Source of the DNA: an uncultured Candidatus Saccharibacteria bacterium
GTDB lineage: Bacteria > Patescibacteriota > Minisyncoccia > Phycocordibacterales > UBA12088
Direction of reading: 5' to 3'
Length of the DNA stretch: 64,000 bases
Assembly (NCBI GenBank): GCA_964411375.1
Contig: CAYPKR010000002.1
Span: 205,259-269,258, forward strand
The position numbers and the translations under genes are program-made. Positions 25,725-35,934 of the stretch are shown here, piece after piece. The first letter of the stretch is position 1; every line of letters begins with the position of its first letter. Under the pieces are notes generated by a model. That model saw only the letters and a list, made by a program, of their open reading frames with translations, did no database searches and was not told where the DNA came from.

Positions 25725-25875
25725 AATTTAGTGGAGACAATATGAAAATGAGCGCGGAAAGCTCACTAGAATTATACCAAATTTTGACTCAAATTACTTG
25801 GAGAAGTTACTTGACATTAGTGTTTTAATATGTTAAAAATACGGCAGTCCGATTGTCGGGCACGGAGTTTCTTAA

Positions 25876-26238
25876 ATGACCAATCTGATCTTTTGGAAGT
25901 TTCGGAAGAGTCAGTTTGCGGCAGAGGCAAGAGCATATCATCTATTCCTGTGGCTACTTAATCCAGAAAATCTCTGGAAGCTCAACCGCTCCATGGCCGT
26001 CGTTGCACTCCTGTGCACTCTTGTGTCCTGGTTTGCTCCGATAGATCAATTGATAGTTCTACTCGACTTTGCCGCAATTATTGTAGCGGTTGGGACTTAC
26101 CTCGTTGTCCTTGCAGCCAAGCCAGTGCTCAAGACTAAGCTGGAGCAACGGAGGACTCTGTTTGCAAGGTGCGTACTGATACTAGTCGTCCTAAACCCTA
26201 TCGTACAATTTCTTACTTATCTCCATTACCTCACTTGA
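25876..26238 (+). CDS. Hypothetical membrane protein (120 aa)
   Basis: 3 predicted TM segments. It is followed by a terminator GGTCCGAGCgcatgtGCTCGGACC plus a T-run. Confidence 0.4.
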   Translation: MTNLIFWKFRKSQFAAEARAYHLFLWLLNPENLWKLNRSMAVVALLCTLVSWFAPIDQLIVLLDFAAIIVAVGTYLVVLAAKPVLKTKLEQRRTLFARCVLILVVLNPIVQFLTYLHYLT

Positions 26239-26292
26239 GGAACTGGACGAAGACGAGGTCCGAGCGCATGTGCTCGGACCGTTTCTTTTTAT

Positions 26293-28203
26293 TTACCGCA
26301 CCTGCCAATTTTCTTTGTCGTTCAGAGTATCGGTAATTTCTTTCATTATTGAGTTTACTTCTTCGTCTGAAAGTGTTTTTTCCATTGATTGGAATACGAG
26401 ACGGAATGCGTACGACACTCTTCCCTCTTTTTTGAATTCATCAAACAGCGTGAGACGAAAGAGTAGATTCCCCGCTTTCTCTCTGATTAGATTTTGGAGT
26501 TCCTCTTTTGAAACCGATTCCGGAACCCAAACCGCAATATCGCGAAGAACGAATGGGTATGGAGAAATTGGTGCGTAGGCAACAAGGTCACTTTTGTTCG
26601 TCCATGGTTCATATGCGGTTGGTTCAGAAAGCGGAGAAATGAGCTCGTCAAAATTCCATTCAATAATTCCGTCTTTTGGCGTTCCTGAAATGGTTGGGAA
26701 AATGGCTTTGAGTGATTCCACCGTTTCAAGAGCGAGTGTGTCGTTCTTCGATTGCTTCCCTTTTGGACCCTGCACCGCAATTGCAAAAGAAGTGTGTTCT
26801 GCGCCTTTTGGAAAAACCCGACCGATATCAAAAATCCGTACTGAATCGATTCCAAGAAGATCAGCGTTTCTTGCATTCAATGTCAGTGCTTCCTTCATTC
26901 CTTCTATGAGACTAGTGCGAAGGAAATCTTTTCCAACGGCAACCGAGCTTAAAATCTGCACATCTCCCTTTGGCACAAACGAATACGTCATCACTTCAGA
27001 AAAACCCTTTTGTGCAAGAAGTGTTCGCACCTTTTCCGCGTAATAAAATCGCTTGTTAATTTCTGGTGTACCGGCTTTAGTCGGAAGAGGTTCTGGTGCA
27101 ATCTTGTCGTATCCATAAATACGTCCTACTTCTTCCACAAGATCTTCGGGGATGACGATGTCGCGACGCTCAAATGGAGGCGTTACAGTAAAAGTGTCGT
27201 TTGATTCAGTGAATGGAACATCGAGTCGTTTTAGAATCGCGCCTATTTCTTCGACGGTAATATTTGTACCGAGAACTCCGTTAATTTTTTCGCGGGAAAC
27301 TGACACGGGTTCATTCTCAGAAACCGGTGTTTCAAAACGTGTAGTGCCGATTAATTCTCCGCCAGCAATATCCAGGATGAGTTTGATCACTGCATCCATG
27401 CCATACGCAGTTAATAGCGGAGATGGATTATTTTGGTATCGACTGGATGCGTCGGTGAAGAGTTTGAGACGCTGAGCAGTTTTTCGCACACTCGCATAAT
27501 TGAAATGTGCTGATTCAAGAATAATGTCGGTTGTTGCCTCCGTAATTTCAGCTGCCTTACCGCCCTTGATTCCAGCAATCCCAACTGCTTTATGTGAATT
27601 ACCATCAGTAATAAGCAGTGTATCTTTCGGTACGGCGAATTCATCGCCTGCAAGTGTCGTTATTTTTTCTCCTTCGGTTGCAGTTCGAACATTGATTACA
27701 TACTTCCCATCTTTTTCAGAAAGTCTCGATGCATCAAAGGCATGCAGTGGCTGACCGATATCGAACATCACGTAATTGGTCGCATCAACCACATTATTGA
27801 TTGAGCGCTGACCAACCGACTCGAGCGCGGTTTTGAGCCACAGAGGCGAAGGGCCTACTTTTACACCGTGAATCAAGGTACCGATGTATTGATCACAGAG
27901 CGTTGAATCTTCAACCAAAATCGTAAGCGCATCGGTCGACGTAAATGTTGGAACTGATTTGCGAAGCGGATCGTCTTTTACCGGAATATCCAAAATCGCT
28001 GCCAAATCTTTTGCAATGCCGCGATGCGACATACAGTCAGCCGCACGATTTGGCAAAACTTTTACATCAAGAATCGCGTCATCTCCCATGCTCAAACTCT
28101 CCTCAATTTCAAATGCATGAAACGTAAACGCGCCTTCAATCTCCGCGCCAGATGGAAGCGGTTTTTCAAAATACTTCTGAAGCCATGCGCGAGAAATTTT
28201 CAT
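26293..28203 (-). CDS. pheT: Phenylalanyl-tRNA synthetase beta subunit (short form)
   Basis: B3/4 and B5 domains. It overlaps pheS by 4 nt. It is 636 aa and lacks the N-terminal tRNA-binding domain. Confidence 0.9.
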   Translation of the reverse strand: MKISRAWLQKYFEKPLPSGAEIEGAFTFHAFEIEESLSMGDDAILDVKVLPNRAADCMSHRGIAKDLAAILDIPVKDDPLRKSVPTFTSTDALTILVEDSTLCDQYIGTLIHGVKVGPSPLWLKTALESVGQRSINNVVDATNYVMFDIGQPLHAFDASRLSEKDGKYVINVRTATEGEKITTLAGDEFAVPKDTLLITDGNSHKAVGIAGIKGGKAAEITEATTDIILESAHFNYASVRKTAQRLKLFTDASSRYQNNPSPLLTAYGMDAVIKLILDIAGGELIGTTRFETPVSENEPVSVSREKINGVLGTNITVEEIGAILKRLDVPFTESNDTFTVTPPFERRDIVIPEDLVEEVGRIYGYDKIAPEPLPTKAGTPEINKRFYYAEKVRTLLAQKGFSEVMTYSFVPKGDVQILSSVAVGKDFLRTSLIEGMKEALTLNARNADLLGIDSVRIFDIGRVFPKGAEHTSFAIAVQGPKGKQSKNDTLALETVESLKAIFPTISGTPKDGIIEWNFDELISPLSEPTAYEPWTNKSDLVAYAPISPYPFVLRDIAVWVPESVSKEELQNLIREKAGNLLFRLTLFDEFKKEGRVSYAFRLVFQSMEKTLSDEEVNSIMKEITDTLNDKENWQVR

Positions 28204-28205
28204 GA

Positions 28206-28943
28206 TTAGAATTGATTCACAAAACGAAGATCGCCATTGTAGAAAAAGCGAACGTCATCAATGCCGTACTTGATCATGATTGGTCGCTCAATGCCGCCGC
28301 CAAAGGCGAAGCCTTGATATTTTTCGGGATCAACGCCAGCGTTCCTTAGTACATTTGGATGCACCATTCCCGCTCCACCGAGTTCGAGCCATTTTCCCTT
28401 TCCACCGTTTCCCTTTTGATACCACGCATCAATTTCAACTGACGGCTCGGTAAACGGGAAAAAGCTGGGGCGTAATCGCACTTTTGCGTCAGGACCAAGA
28501 TACGCTTTGTAAAATGCTTCGAGCGTTCCTTTCAAATGCGCGATGGTAATATCGGGACCAACGACGAGTCCTTCGAGCTGATGAAACTGCGCTTCGTGAG
28601 TGGCATCAGTTGCTTCATTTCGAAATGCTTTTCCGGGAACAATGATTCGATACGGTGGTTCAATTCCCGCTTTCATTTTTGATTCCATGTAGCGGATTTG
28701 GACAGGAGAGGTGTGCGTGCGAAGTAATTTTTTTCCTTCGCCCTCCTTGGTTTTGACCCAAAAGGTATCCTGCATATCGCGTGCCGGATGATCGCCGGGA
28801 ATATTCAGCGCATCAAAGTTGTAGAATTCGGTCTCGAGTTCCGGACCTTCCGCAAAGGCAAAACCCATGTCATGGAAAATGGCATTAATTTCCGAAATTG
28901 CCTGCGAAAGAGGATGGATGTGACCTTTGGTAGGTTCGTTCAT
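28206..28943 (-). CDS. pheS: Phenylalanyl-tRNA synthetase alpha subunit (short form)
   Basis: Class II core: IPGDHPARDMQDTFW, FRNE, GGGIERP. Confidence 0.9.
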   Translation of the reverse strand: MNEPTKGHIHPLSQAISEINAIFHDMGFAFAEGPELETEFYNFDALNIPGDHPARDMQDTFWVKTKEGEGKKLLRTHTSPVQIRYMESKMKAGIEPPYRIIVPGKAFRNEATDATHEAQFHQLEGLVVGPDITIAHLKGTLEAFYKAYLGPDAKVRLRPSFFPFTEPSVEIDAWYQKGNGGKGKWLELGGAGMVHPNVLRNAGVDPEKYQGFAFGGGIERPIMIKYGIDDVRFFYNGDLRFVNQF

Positions 28944-28985
28944 GTAGACCGAGTATAGCGATTTATATCGCTTTTTGGAAGTACG

Positions 28986-29867
28986 CTAGAACCCTTCAAG
29001 TCGGTAATACTTTTTGCCGTCTTTGATGATGAGATCGTTTCCATCAAACCGAAAATCCGACCCACGCACTTGGTAGATCGGTACCAAAAGCTTCGGAGTC
29101 TTAACATCAATCTCAGCGACATAGACGCCGCTCTCTGTTGTATAGATCGCAACTGAACGATTACCAAAAAAGAAGTCAGCATTCTTTACCGTTTCACTTC
29201 CCTTTTCAATCGTCACCGAATCAACACATTTTGTTGGTTTGGTGCAAAAATTGCTTGGCGCAGTTGATGTCGCACCATCAAATTTTGCAATAAGATTTCC
29301 CTTCTCAATAAAGAGATCAATTGGACCGGCTTCGGCAATTGGTGTCGCAGTAGCGGAAGTAATAGCGAGAGCCGAAGCACTGGTCGTTGCTGGAGTAAAC
29401 AGTGCGGTTGTAGAAGTAATGGTACCTTTTGCGACATAGTCAACGCCGGGCGTTGAGGTTGCGCCTTTTGGTTTCAGTGTCTCTAAAACCAATTCGGTTT
29501 TTTGGATGTCTTGTGGAATAAAAATGGCACGGGCATCAGAAACGTATGACGGCTCGACCGTCAGGACTTTTTGCCATGGATAATAGCCATCACGCTCAAC
29601 CGTAATATTGTAAATTCCCGCTTTTAGATTTTGGCGAAAGAAACTCCGCGTTATGAGAGTACTCCTTGCAACTTCTTCGTCATCCATGTATACGACGGCG
29701 CCAGAACTTTCAAGTCCGATGAAAATGCCGCCGGTTTCAACGAGCGAAAAATCTTTACTGAAATGATAGCCGCTCGCGTAGAGAATGATGAATGGAAGTG
29801 TCACTAAAAATACCAATATGAGAGATATCAGGTACAAACGACGAGTGCGCACTTGAAGAGGCTGCAT
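28986..29867 (-). CDS. Membrane-anchored PEGA-domain protein
   Basis: An N-terminal TM segment and a PEGA-like region, VYMDDEEVARSTLI...LKAGIYNITVERDGYYPWQKVLTVEP. Confidence 0.5.
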   Translation of the reverse strand: MQPLQVRTRRLYLISLILVFLVTLPFIILYASGYHFSKDFSLVETGGIFIGLESSGAVVYMDDEEVARSTLITRSFFRQNLKAGIYNITVERDGYYPWQKVLTVEPSYVSDARAIFIPQDIQKTELVLETLKPKGATSTPGVDYVAKGTITSTTALFTPATTSASALAITSATATPIAEAGPIDLFIEKGNLIAKFDGATSTAPSNFCTKPTKCVDSVTIEKGSETVKNADFFFGNRSVAIYTTESGVYVAEIDVKTPKLLVPIYQVRGSDFRFDGNDLIIKDGKKYYRLEGF

Positions 29868-30037
29868 ATAATTTTATACTTCAGATCAGATTTAAAAATT
29901 CCACCTGCTTCGTTACGGAGCCTCTGCGACTCGTTGTCGTAATCTCATTTACGCCTCCTCGTCGCTTTCTCCGTGCCTCGCATCTGAAATTTTTAAATAT
30001 ACTCTGATTCAGTTACCCGAGATTATAATGATTCTGA

Positions 30038-31579
30038 TCAACGACTTTTGGGAGTGACCCAAAATCCCATGTAGCGTGCGGTAAGGAGGCGAATCTGTGC
30101 ATCAAGTCCGGGTATCGCACTAAATACTATCATAGTAAATGGCACCAGTATCCACTGAAGAAGCATGAGTACACTTCGTCGCCACCCCAATTCCTTTGGT
30201 CGCTCCGGAATAAGTGCCATCGAGATTGCCGCAGAAACGATGAGACCGCTCATTGCGAGAGTGAGAATAAAGCGCGCCATAATTGGAAGATTGTACGAAA
30301 GTACCGTCGTATTAAACGCATGTCCACCAACAAGGAGCGGCAACCAACCGACAATAAAAAGAATGAGTGGATTGGTGACGAGCGACCAGAATCCTTCAAT
30401 CTGTACGAATGCGGCACGGAATTTTTTGGTAAAAGGAATTTTTGGCGTTTTACGGAAGTTAAACAAAATGTACGGTACATTTTCGACTCCCCATGTCCAA
30501 CGGCGATGCTGTTTGTACAGGTTTTTAACTGTCGTCCAAATTTTTGGCGCCACATTCGCATCCATGGAAACTGGATATGAAAGTGGAATGACTTCGTAGT
30601 CGCCATCGTGCGCAATAAAAAGATTCCAAAAGATTCGTGAATCTTCGGAGACGATATTTTTTTGCCAATAACCAACATCATAGAGCGCTTGGAATGAAAG
30701 CGCGTGCGAAGAAAATGTTGCCAATTTTTCTGGTCGCTCTTGTTGAATCATCTGCCAAAAGGTTGATGAATATGCCAAGACGCGTGAAATCATCGGCGCT
30801 TCCCAAATATTATTGTTGTAGAGCGGGACTGGTTGGAACGAAACATTTTCTGGCCTTGGTGCAGTGACAAAATGCCATGTGAGGCAGGTAAAATATTTTG
30901 GATACACAACCGTGTCGATGTCGAACGCGGAAACGATGACGCGATGATAGGAAAGATTTTTTTGATCGAGAATGAGTTTGCGCGCTTCTTCCGCAGCATA
31001 GCTAATGTTTGAACCTTTGCCTGGAATTTCTCCATCGAGATGTCGCGGATGCACGGTGATTAGAAATTCAAAGAAATCATCTTTAAATTCTTCTTTGATA
31101 CGCTCGGCAATCGGCATTTGATCCGCTACCGTTCGCTCTTCAAGCGCAAGAACAATCGCGATCTTCTTCGAATCCCCTTCTGCTTTTCGACACGCGTCGA
31201 TACTTGCGTAAATCACTTCATATCCTTCGCGATAGCACGGAAATAGAACGAGATGAACGATATCATCTGACTTTGGTGCCTCCACAAGCATGGCGGTCCA
31301 ATTGACTGCCATGTTGTGTTTCAAGCGTTTAAAATTGTGCTGAAGATGCGCAGAGAGGTAGACGGTTTTCAAAAACCAGTAGAGCGCAAAAAGAATAGTG
31401 AAATATGCGGCGTACTTTGGCGCGACGAATGAAAGGACGACAATACCAAGAAGTGTCAGGAGCGAAAGAAAACCTGGCATGATTTCGAGAAAACGATAGA
31501 AGCGATGATCGGCACCTTCTAGTTCGTAGGCATTTCCGACGTGCAGATATGGGTGAGATTTGAGAAGCGGATGTTCCAT
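30038..31579 (-). CDS. Processive family-2 membrane glycosyltransferase (cellulose/chitin-synthase-like)
   Basis: A GT-A core with DxD (SAFDID) and the QHRRW motif (the QxxRW of processive GT2 enzymes). TM segments flank the core. Confidence 0.75.
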   Translation of the reverse strand: MEHPLLKSHPYLHVGNAYELEGADHRFYRFLEIMPGFLSLLTLLGIVVLSFVAPKYAAYFTILFALYWFLKTVYLSAHLQHNFKRLKHNMAVNWTAMLVEAPKSDDIVHLVLFPCYREGYEVIYASIDACRKAEGDSKKIAIVLALEERTVADQMPIAERIKEEFKDDFFEFLITVHPRHLDGEIPGKGSNISYAAEEARKLILDQKNLSYHRVIVSAFDIDTVVYPKYFTCLTWHFVTAPRPENVSFQPVPLYNNNIWEAPMISRVLAYSSTFWQMIQQERPEKLATFSSHALSFQALYDVGYWQKNIVSEDSRIFWNLFIAHDGDYEVIPLSYPVSMDANVAPKIWTTVKNLYKQHRRWTWGVENVPYILFNFRKTPKIPFTKKFRAAFVQIEGFWSLVTNPLILFIVGWLPLLVGGHAFNTTVLSYNLPIMARFILTLAMSGLIVSAAISMALIPERPKELGWRRSVLMLLQWILVPFTMIVFSAIPGLDAQIRLLTARYMGFWVTPKSR

Positions 31580-32008
31580 TTACTTCGATTGATGTTCTAA
31601 GTATGCCATAGCGTCAGTCAAAACCGTTCGATCTTCTGGAAAGGTAATTTGGGTTTTTGCCGATTCAAACGGCAACCAAAGTGCATTCTTGACCTCACTT
31701 GCTTGGAGCGTGAGTGGTGGATCGTTTTCAATTCTTCCGAGAAAATATCCGACGAATTTGTGGATAACTCCATTTTTACGGGTTAGATCGTATTCCGTTT
31801 CAAAGATTTTTTCAGTGTCGACCGTAATGTCGGTAATGCCGACTTCTTCCATCAGTTCTCGGAGCGCCGTTTCTACATTAGTTTCACTTCCCTCCGGATG
31901 ACCTTTGGGAAAAGTGAAATGACCAGCATGATGTTCGATAAGAAAAAATTCGTACTGCCCTTCGATTAAACGGTACGGGAGTATTCCAAAACTATGTTCA
32001 ACCTCCAT
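31580..32008 (-). CDS. NUDIX hydrolase
   Basis: Nudix box GHPEGSETNVETALRELMEEVGI. Its ATG shares its A with the CCA end of tRNA-Thr. Confidence 0.8.
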   Translation of the reverse strand: MEVEHSFGILPYRLIEGQYEFFLIEHHAGHFTFPKGHPEGSETNVETALRELMEEVGITDITVDTEKIFETEYDLTRKNGVIHKFVGYFLGRIENDPPLTLQASEVKNALWLPFESAKTQITFPEDRTVLTDAMAYLEHQSK

Positions 32009-32083
32009 GGAGCCGGAAGTCGGGCTTGAACCGACGACCTACGGTTTACAAAACCGTTGCTCTACCAACTGAGCTATTCCGGC
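32008..32083 (-). tRNA. tRNA-Thr (anticodon UGU), with CCA encoded
   Basis: Acceptor GCCGGAA/UUCCGGC, D arm GCUC-AGUUGGU-AGAGC, anticodon arm ACGGU-UUUGUAA-ACCGU, T arm GUCGG-UUCAAGC-CCGAC, discriminator U, then CCA. Confidence 0.85.
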
Positions 32084-32085
32084 AT

Positions 32086-32176
32086 GACAACTTACATCAC
32101 CCAAACTACCTTGTAGATTTACAAACCGCAAACAGTACCCCGTACTGTTTGCCTCCACCAACTGAGCTATTCCGGC
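32086..32176 (-). pseudogene. Degenerate tandem copy of tRNA-Thr (5' 24 nt identical), with an inserted perfect 10-bp hairpin
   Basis: GCCGGAAUAGCUCAGUUGGUgGAG repeats the first 24 nt of the intact tRNA. It is followed by CAAACAGUAC-GGGG-GUACUGUUUG and an anticodon-loop-like GGUUUGUAAAUC. It has no T arm. Confidence 0.4.
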
Positions 32177-32337
32177 GATACTCACTTATACGATAAGTTT
32201 AAAAAATGCACAAATAAAATATCTTTTAGGAAACTCGGTTATAAATTTTAGCTGCAAGGCATGGAGATAGCTTTAAGAAGACGTATGAAAATACGGCGAC
32301 GAAAAGCTGAGACTCCGTAACGCAGCAGATGAAAATT

Positions 32338-32730
32338 TTAACGAGTTTCCCGCTCTTCGCGACGTTCATCAGCCACAGTTTTGAGGAATGTTGATGGGGT
32401 GGGACCTCCCGTCGTTTTTCTACGTCCTCGCGCAGTACGTTCACGCATGTAGCCGATGAAGGAAACCAGCCGCTCTTCAAGACGACGGGTTCCCGAAAGA
32501 GCCGCAAGCGTCAATTGGTGAGCAATATTAACCAACCAATTTTTCATCCGCACTTGCATTTCACGAACAATACCGCGTCTCGCATACACAAATGCACGAA
32601 GGACCGCCATGTCTGCTTTCTCGCGAGATTTGGCAAAAAAAGTCTTGCCACTCCGAAGCTCAAATGAGCGGAATGTGAGAAACGCGAGGAGAAGTACTGA
32701 AGAGGTTCCAAATGTGATAATCGTACCCAT
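32338..32730 (-). CDS. Hypothetical membrane-anchored protein (130 aa)
   Basis: An N-terminal TM segment and a basic C-terminus. No motif was found. Confidence 0.3.
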   Translation of the reverse strand: MGTIITFGTSSVLLLAFLTFRSFELRSGKTFFAKSREKADMAVLRAFVYARRGIVREMQVRMKNWLVNIAHQLTLAALSGTRRLEERLVSFIGYMRERTARGRRKTTGGPTPSTFLKTVADERREERETR

Positions 32731-32779
32731 ATTTGTTCGACTTTAGTGTAGTCCGTTAGAGCGGCGGGCGCCAGTTGGA

Positions 32780-33373
32780 TTAGCTTACGCTAAAGCGGAC
32801 ACACTTCGAGATGACAATTTTTTCGCCGAATTTCTGTGTTGCTTCTTTGACGAGATCTGCGATTGTCTTGGTTGGATCCTTGATGTATGGCTGTTCCATA
32901 AGAACTTTTTCTGCCAAGTACGCATCCATCTTTCCTTCGACAATTTTTGCGCGCATTGCTTCTGGCTTATCTGCCGCTTCTTTTTCGAAAACTTCGCGTG
33001 CAACCTTTGTTGCGTCAGGAGTCACTTCTTCGCGAGTGATGAATTCTGGACTCGTTGCTGCCGCATGCATCGCGATATCATACGCAAGCTTCAAAAATTC
33101 ATCGGTCTTCGCGACGAAGTCAGTTTCAGATGAAAGGAGTACCATCGCGCCGACTTCTTTGTTCGTGTGGATGTACGCAGATATGCGACCAGCACCAAGC
33201 GTGCGGTCAGCTTTTTTCTCAGCGGATGCGGCACTCTTTTTGCGCAATATAACAACCGCCTTCTCTTCGTCTCCTCCGGCTTCTTCGAGCGCCTTTTTGC
33301 ATTCCATGACCGACACACCCGTTCGCTCACGAAGTGCTTTGACTTGTTCAGTGCTTATTTCCATATAGAACAT
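32780..33373 (-). CDS. tsf: Elongation factor Ts
   Basis: A UBA-like N-terminus (VKALRERTGVSVMECKKALEEAGGD) and an EF-Ts core. Confidence 0.9.
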   Translation of the reverse strand: MFYMEISTEQVKALRERTGVSVMECKKALEEAGGDEEKAVVILRKKSAASAEKKADRTLGAGRISAYIHTNKEVGAMVLLSSETDFVAKTDEFLKLAYDIAMHAAATSPEFITREEVTPDATKVAREVFEKEAADKPEAMRAKIVEGKMDAYLAEKVLMEQPYIKDPTKTIADLVKEATQKFGEKIVISKCVRFSVS

Positions 33374-33409
33374 GCGGCGATGCCGCGAAACTAAATTTGG
33401 TAAAAAATA

Positions 33410-34147
33410 TTATACCGCAGGAGTCTCCGCCTTCACCAATTTGCCGTCCTGGTACGCTTTGACGATTTCATGGACGAACAGTGCGATTGATGCGCGAGTT
33501 GCATCATTGCCAACGATTGGATACGTGATCTTTGACATGTCGCAATCGGTTGAACCAAGTGCAACGACTGGAATACCGAGTTCATTTGCTTCGGCGACAG
33601 CGATCGAGTCATGACGTGGATCAACAACAAAAAGTGCTGATGGAAAGGAATCGCGAAGTGGCAAGATTCCACCAAATCGTCCTTCGAGCGCAGCAATTTC
33701 GCGATCGATAAGAAGACGTTCCTTCTTTGTGTATTTAGAAAGTTCTCCCTTTTCGCGTTGTGAGCGAAGGAGTTCAAGTCGCTCAAGTCGCTTTCGAATT
33801 TCTGTAATATTCGTGAGTGTCCCTCCAATCCAGCGGCTCGCAACAAACGGCATCAAGATCTGCTCTGCGCCTGCCTGAACTGACTGGCGGGCTTCTTCCT
33901 TACCACCGACAAAGAGAATGATTTTGCCAGATGCGGCGAGCGATTTTACGAATGCTTTTGCATTTTCGAGGAGTTCGGCGGTCTGTTCAAGGTCGATGAT
34001 TTCAACCGAGTCTTTAGAGCCGAAAATGTATTTTGCGGTTGAAGGATGACGACGACGCTTGGAATAACCAAAATGCGCTCCGACTGCGAACATTCGGTCG
34101 AGATAGGTCTGATTTTGGGTGTTTTCTGCCGCTACCTTCTTTGTCAT
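33410..34147 (-). CDS. rpsB: 30S ribosomal protein S2
   Basis: MFAVGAHFGYSKRRRHP...IFGSKD, the uS2 family. It keeps the conserved rpsB-tsf order. Confidence 0.9.
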   Translation of the reverse strand: MTKKVAAENTQNQTYLDRMFAVGAHFGYSKRRRHPSTAKYIFGSKDSVEIIDLEQTAELLENAKAFVKSLAASGKIILFVGGKEEARQSVQAGAEQILMPFVASRWIGGTLTNITEIRKRLERLELLRSQREKGELSKYTKKERLLIDREIAALEGRFGGILPLRDSFPSALFVVDPRHDSIAVAEANELGIPVVALGSTDCDMSKITYPIVGNDATRASIALFVHEIVKAYQDGKLVKAETPAV

Positions 34148-34242
34148 ACGGTAGAGGGACTATACCAGAGGGGTGGCAAAATCGCAAATGAGCATAGTTG
34201 TGCTATATTCTAGGCTGAATCTCTAAACAAAGGAGAGCCAGA

Positions 34243-34488
34243 TTGGCTAATCCCGATGACCGAGTAGGTCTTATCGTAACCTTCAAACCCGATACAGCCA
34301 CCGAGGTTAAAAACGGCATACTATGGGCCAATGACCTCTTAGGCCTCGGTCGGGTGGACGAGGGGCAGCCGGACACTCTTCGATTTACACTCTCGAGGAG
34401 TGATGCAGAGGAGACTATTCGCGGGTTGGAGAAGCTCGAGACAGTGCTGTCTGCCCTGCTTGAGGAACGGACAAAATCAGATACGTGA
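34243..34488 (+). CDS. Small hypothetical protein (81 aa, TTG start)
   Basis: AAAGGAG lies 8 nt upstream of the TTG. It is followed by a bidirectional terminator shared with prfA. Confidence 0.4.
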   Translation: MANPDDRVGLIVTFKPDTATEVKNGILWANDLLGLGRVDEGQPDTLRFTLSRSDAEETIRGLEKLETVLSALLEERTKSDT

Positions 34489-34524
34489 AGCAGGCCGCTC
34501 GGTGAACCCGGGCGGCGCTACTTT

Positions 34525-35499
34525 TTATTCATCATCTCCACCTTCTTCAAATGCACCATCTTTTGCTTGGAGTGAATCTAAGATCTCGCCGATATCTCCT
34601 GCCATAATTCCTTCAAGATTGTGCCATGATTCTTTAAGCCGGTGATCAGTGACGCGGTTTTGCGGGAAATTGTACGTGCGGATTTTTTCGGAGCGATCGC
34701 CAGTGCCGATTTGATTTTTGCGCGTATCTGAATATTTTTTTGCTTCCTCTTCTTCCTTAAGAAGCTGGAGTTTTGCGGTCAAAATCTGAAGTGCCTTTTC
34801 GCGATTGGCGAGCTGGCTTCTCTCTGAAGTCGAGCGGACATCAATGCCGGTCGGCTTGTGAATGAGTCGTACGGCAGTTTCCACTTTGTTCACATTTTGT
34901 CCCCCGGCGCCACCGGAGCGGGAAAATTCCATATCAAGATCGGCAGGATTGATTTCAAACGCAACTTTTTTCCTGATCGGCAAAATCGCAACTGAGGCAG
35001 TCGAGGTGTGAATGCGACCTGACTTTTCGGTCGGTGGAACTCGCTGGATGCGATGTACTCCTGTTTCGAAGCGAAGTTTTTTGTAAGCGTCTTTTCCCTT
35101 TATTTCGAATGATCCTTCTTTGTAGCCGCCAAGTTCGGCTTCCGAAATGTTTAACTTTTTAAACTGCCAACCAAGAGTTGCAGTAAATCGCTCGTACATT
35201 TCAGCAAGCTTTGCTGCAAAAAGTGCAGCTTCTTCACCACCCGCCCCTGCACGAACTTCCAAGACTACTTCGTTTGGAAATTCTTCTTCCGCGGCTTCTT
35301 GTTTCAAAATATCTTCCATCTGTGACGCAAGTTCTTCCATACCATGTGAAAGTATTTTGAGATCAGATTCGCCAAGCTCTTTCATTCCCGGATCAGATTC
35401 GATGAGCGATTCAAGCTCTTCCTTCTCACGCAAAAGACGCTCGTATTCGGATGCGAGAAACATTGTCTTTTGATTTTCTTTGAATCGCTGAATGTCCAT
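34525..35499 (-). CDS. prfA: Peptide chain release factor 1
   Basis: A GGQ motif ([17 protein letters not shown]) and an RF1-type PxT tripeptide ([14 protein letters not shown]). Confidence 0.8.
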   Translation of the reverse strand: MDIQRFKENQKTMFLASEYERLLREKEELESLIESDPGMKELGESDLKILSHGMEELASQMEDILKQEAAEEEFPNEVVLEVRAGAGGEEAALFAAKLAEMYERFTATLGWQFKKLNISEAELGGYKEGSFEIKGKDAYKKLRFETGVHRIQRVPPTEKSGRIHTSTASVAILPIRKKVAFEINPADLDMEFSRSGGAGGQNVNKVETAVRLIHKPTGIDVRSTSERSQLANREKALQILTAKLQLLKEEEEAKKYSDTRKNQIGTGDRSEKIRTYNFPQNRVTDHRLKESWHNLEGIMAGDIGEILDSLQAKDGAFEEGGDDE

Positions 35500-35566
35500 T
35501 GTGATGAATTATAGCAACAAAGCCGCTTCGGGTTCCGAAGACGGCTTTGTTGAAAAATAGGAGTCG

Positions 35567-35821
35567 TTATTTCTTTGCAGCTGCGGCGCGCTTCTTGAAC
35601 TTGTCGACACGTCCGGCGGTGTCGATAACTTTGTCATTTCCAGTATAAAACGGATGCGAAACTGAGGAGATTTCAACGGTTGCAAGCGGATATTCCTTAC
35701 CGTCCGAAAACTTTGCCGTTTCATTGGTCTGAATCGTCGAGCCAATAAGAAATTCTGCGCCACTTGAGTTGTCGCGGAAGATGACGAGGCGGTAGTTTTT
35801 CGGGTGAATATCTGTTTTCAT
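35567..35821 (-). CDS. rpmE: 50S ribosomal protein L31, Cys-less (type B, zinc-independent form)
   Basis: [21 protein letters not shown]...HPFYTG with no CxxC pairs. Confidence 0.8.
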   Translation of the reverse strand: MKTDIHPKNYRLVIFRDNSSGAEFLIGSTIQTNETAKFSDGKEYPLATVEISSVSHPFYTGNDKVIDTAGRVDKFKKRAAAAKK

Positions 35822-35934
35822 CAGACCCGAACTATAGCAAAAGTACAGATATACGCAAGGGGGTGCTGGACAAAAACCGGTTTTATATGTATAAAATTGC
35901 TTAGATTCTAATCAGTAGCAAGAGGGTTAATCTC

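Noticed and set aside
25725-25875. Replication origin or DnaA boxes near gyrB
   Set aside because: No TTATCCACA/TGTGGATAA-like boxes were seen in the gyrB upstream region, and dnaA/dnaN are not adjacent.
29886-29995. 13-bp inverted repeat pair (AGATTTAAAAATT / AATTTTTAAATAT) flanking the PEGA gene upstream region
   Set aside because: It is an AT-rich, imperfect match in an AT-rich promoter region. It is probably just promoter or UP-element sequence and was not strong enough to call a discrete element.
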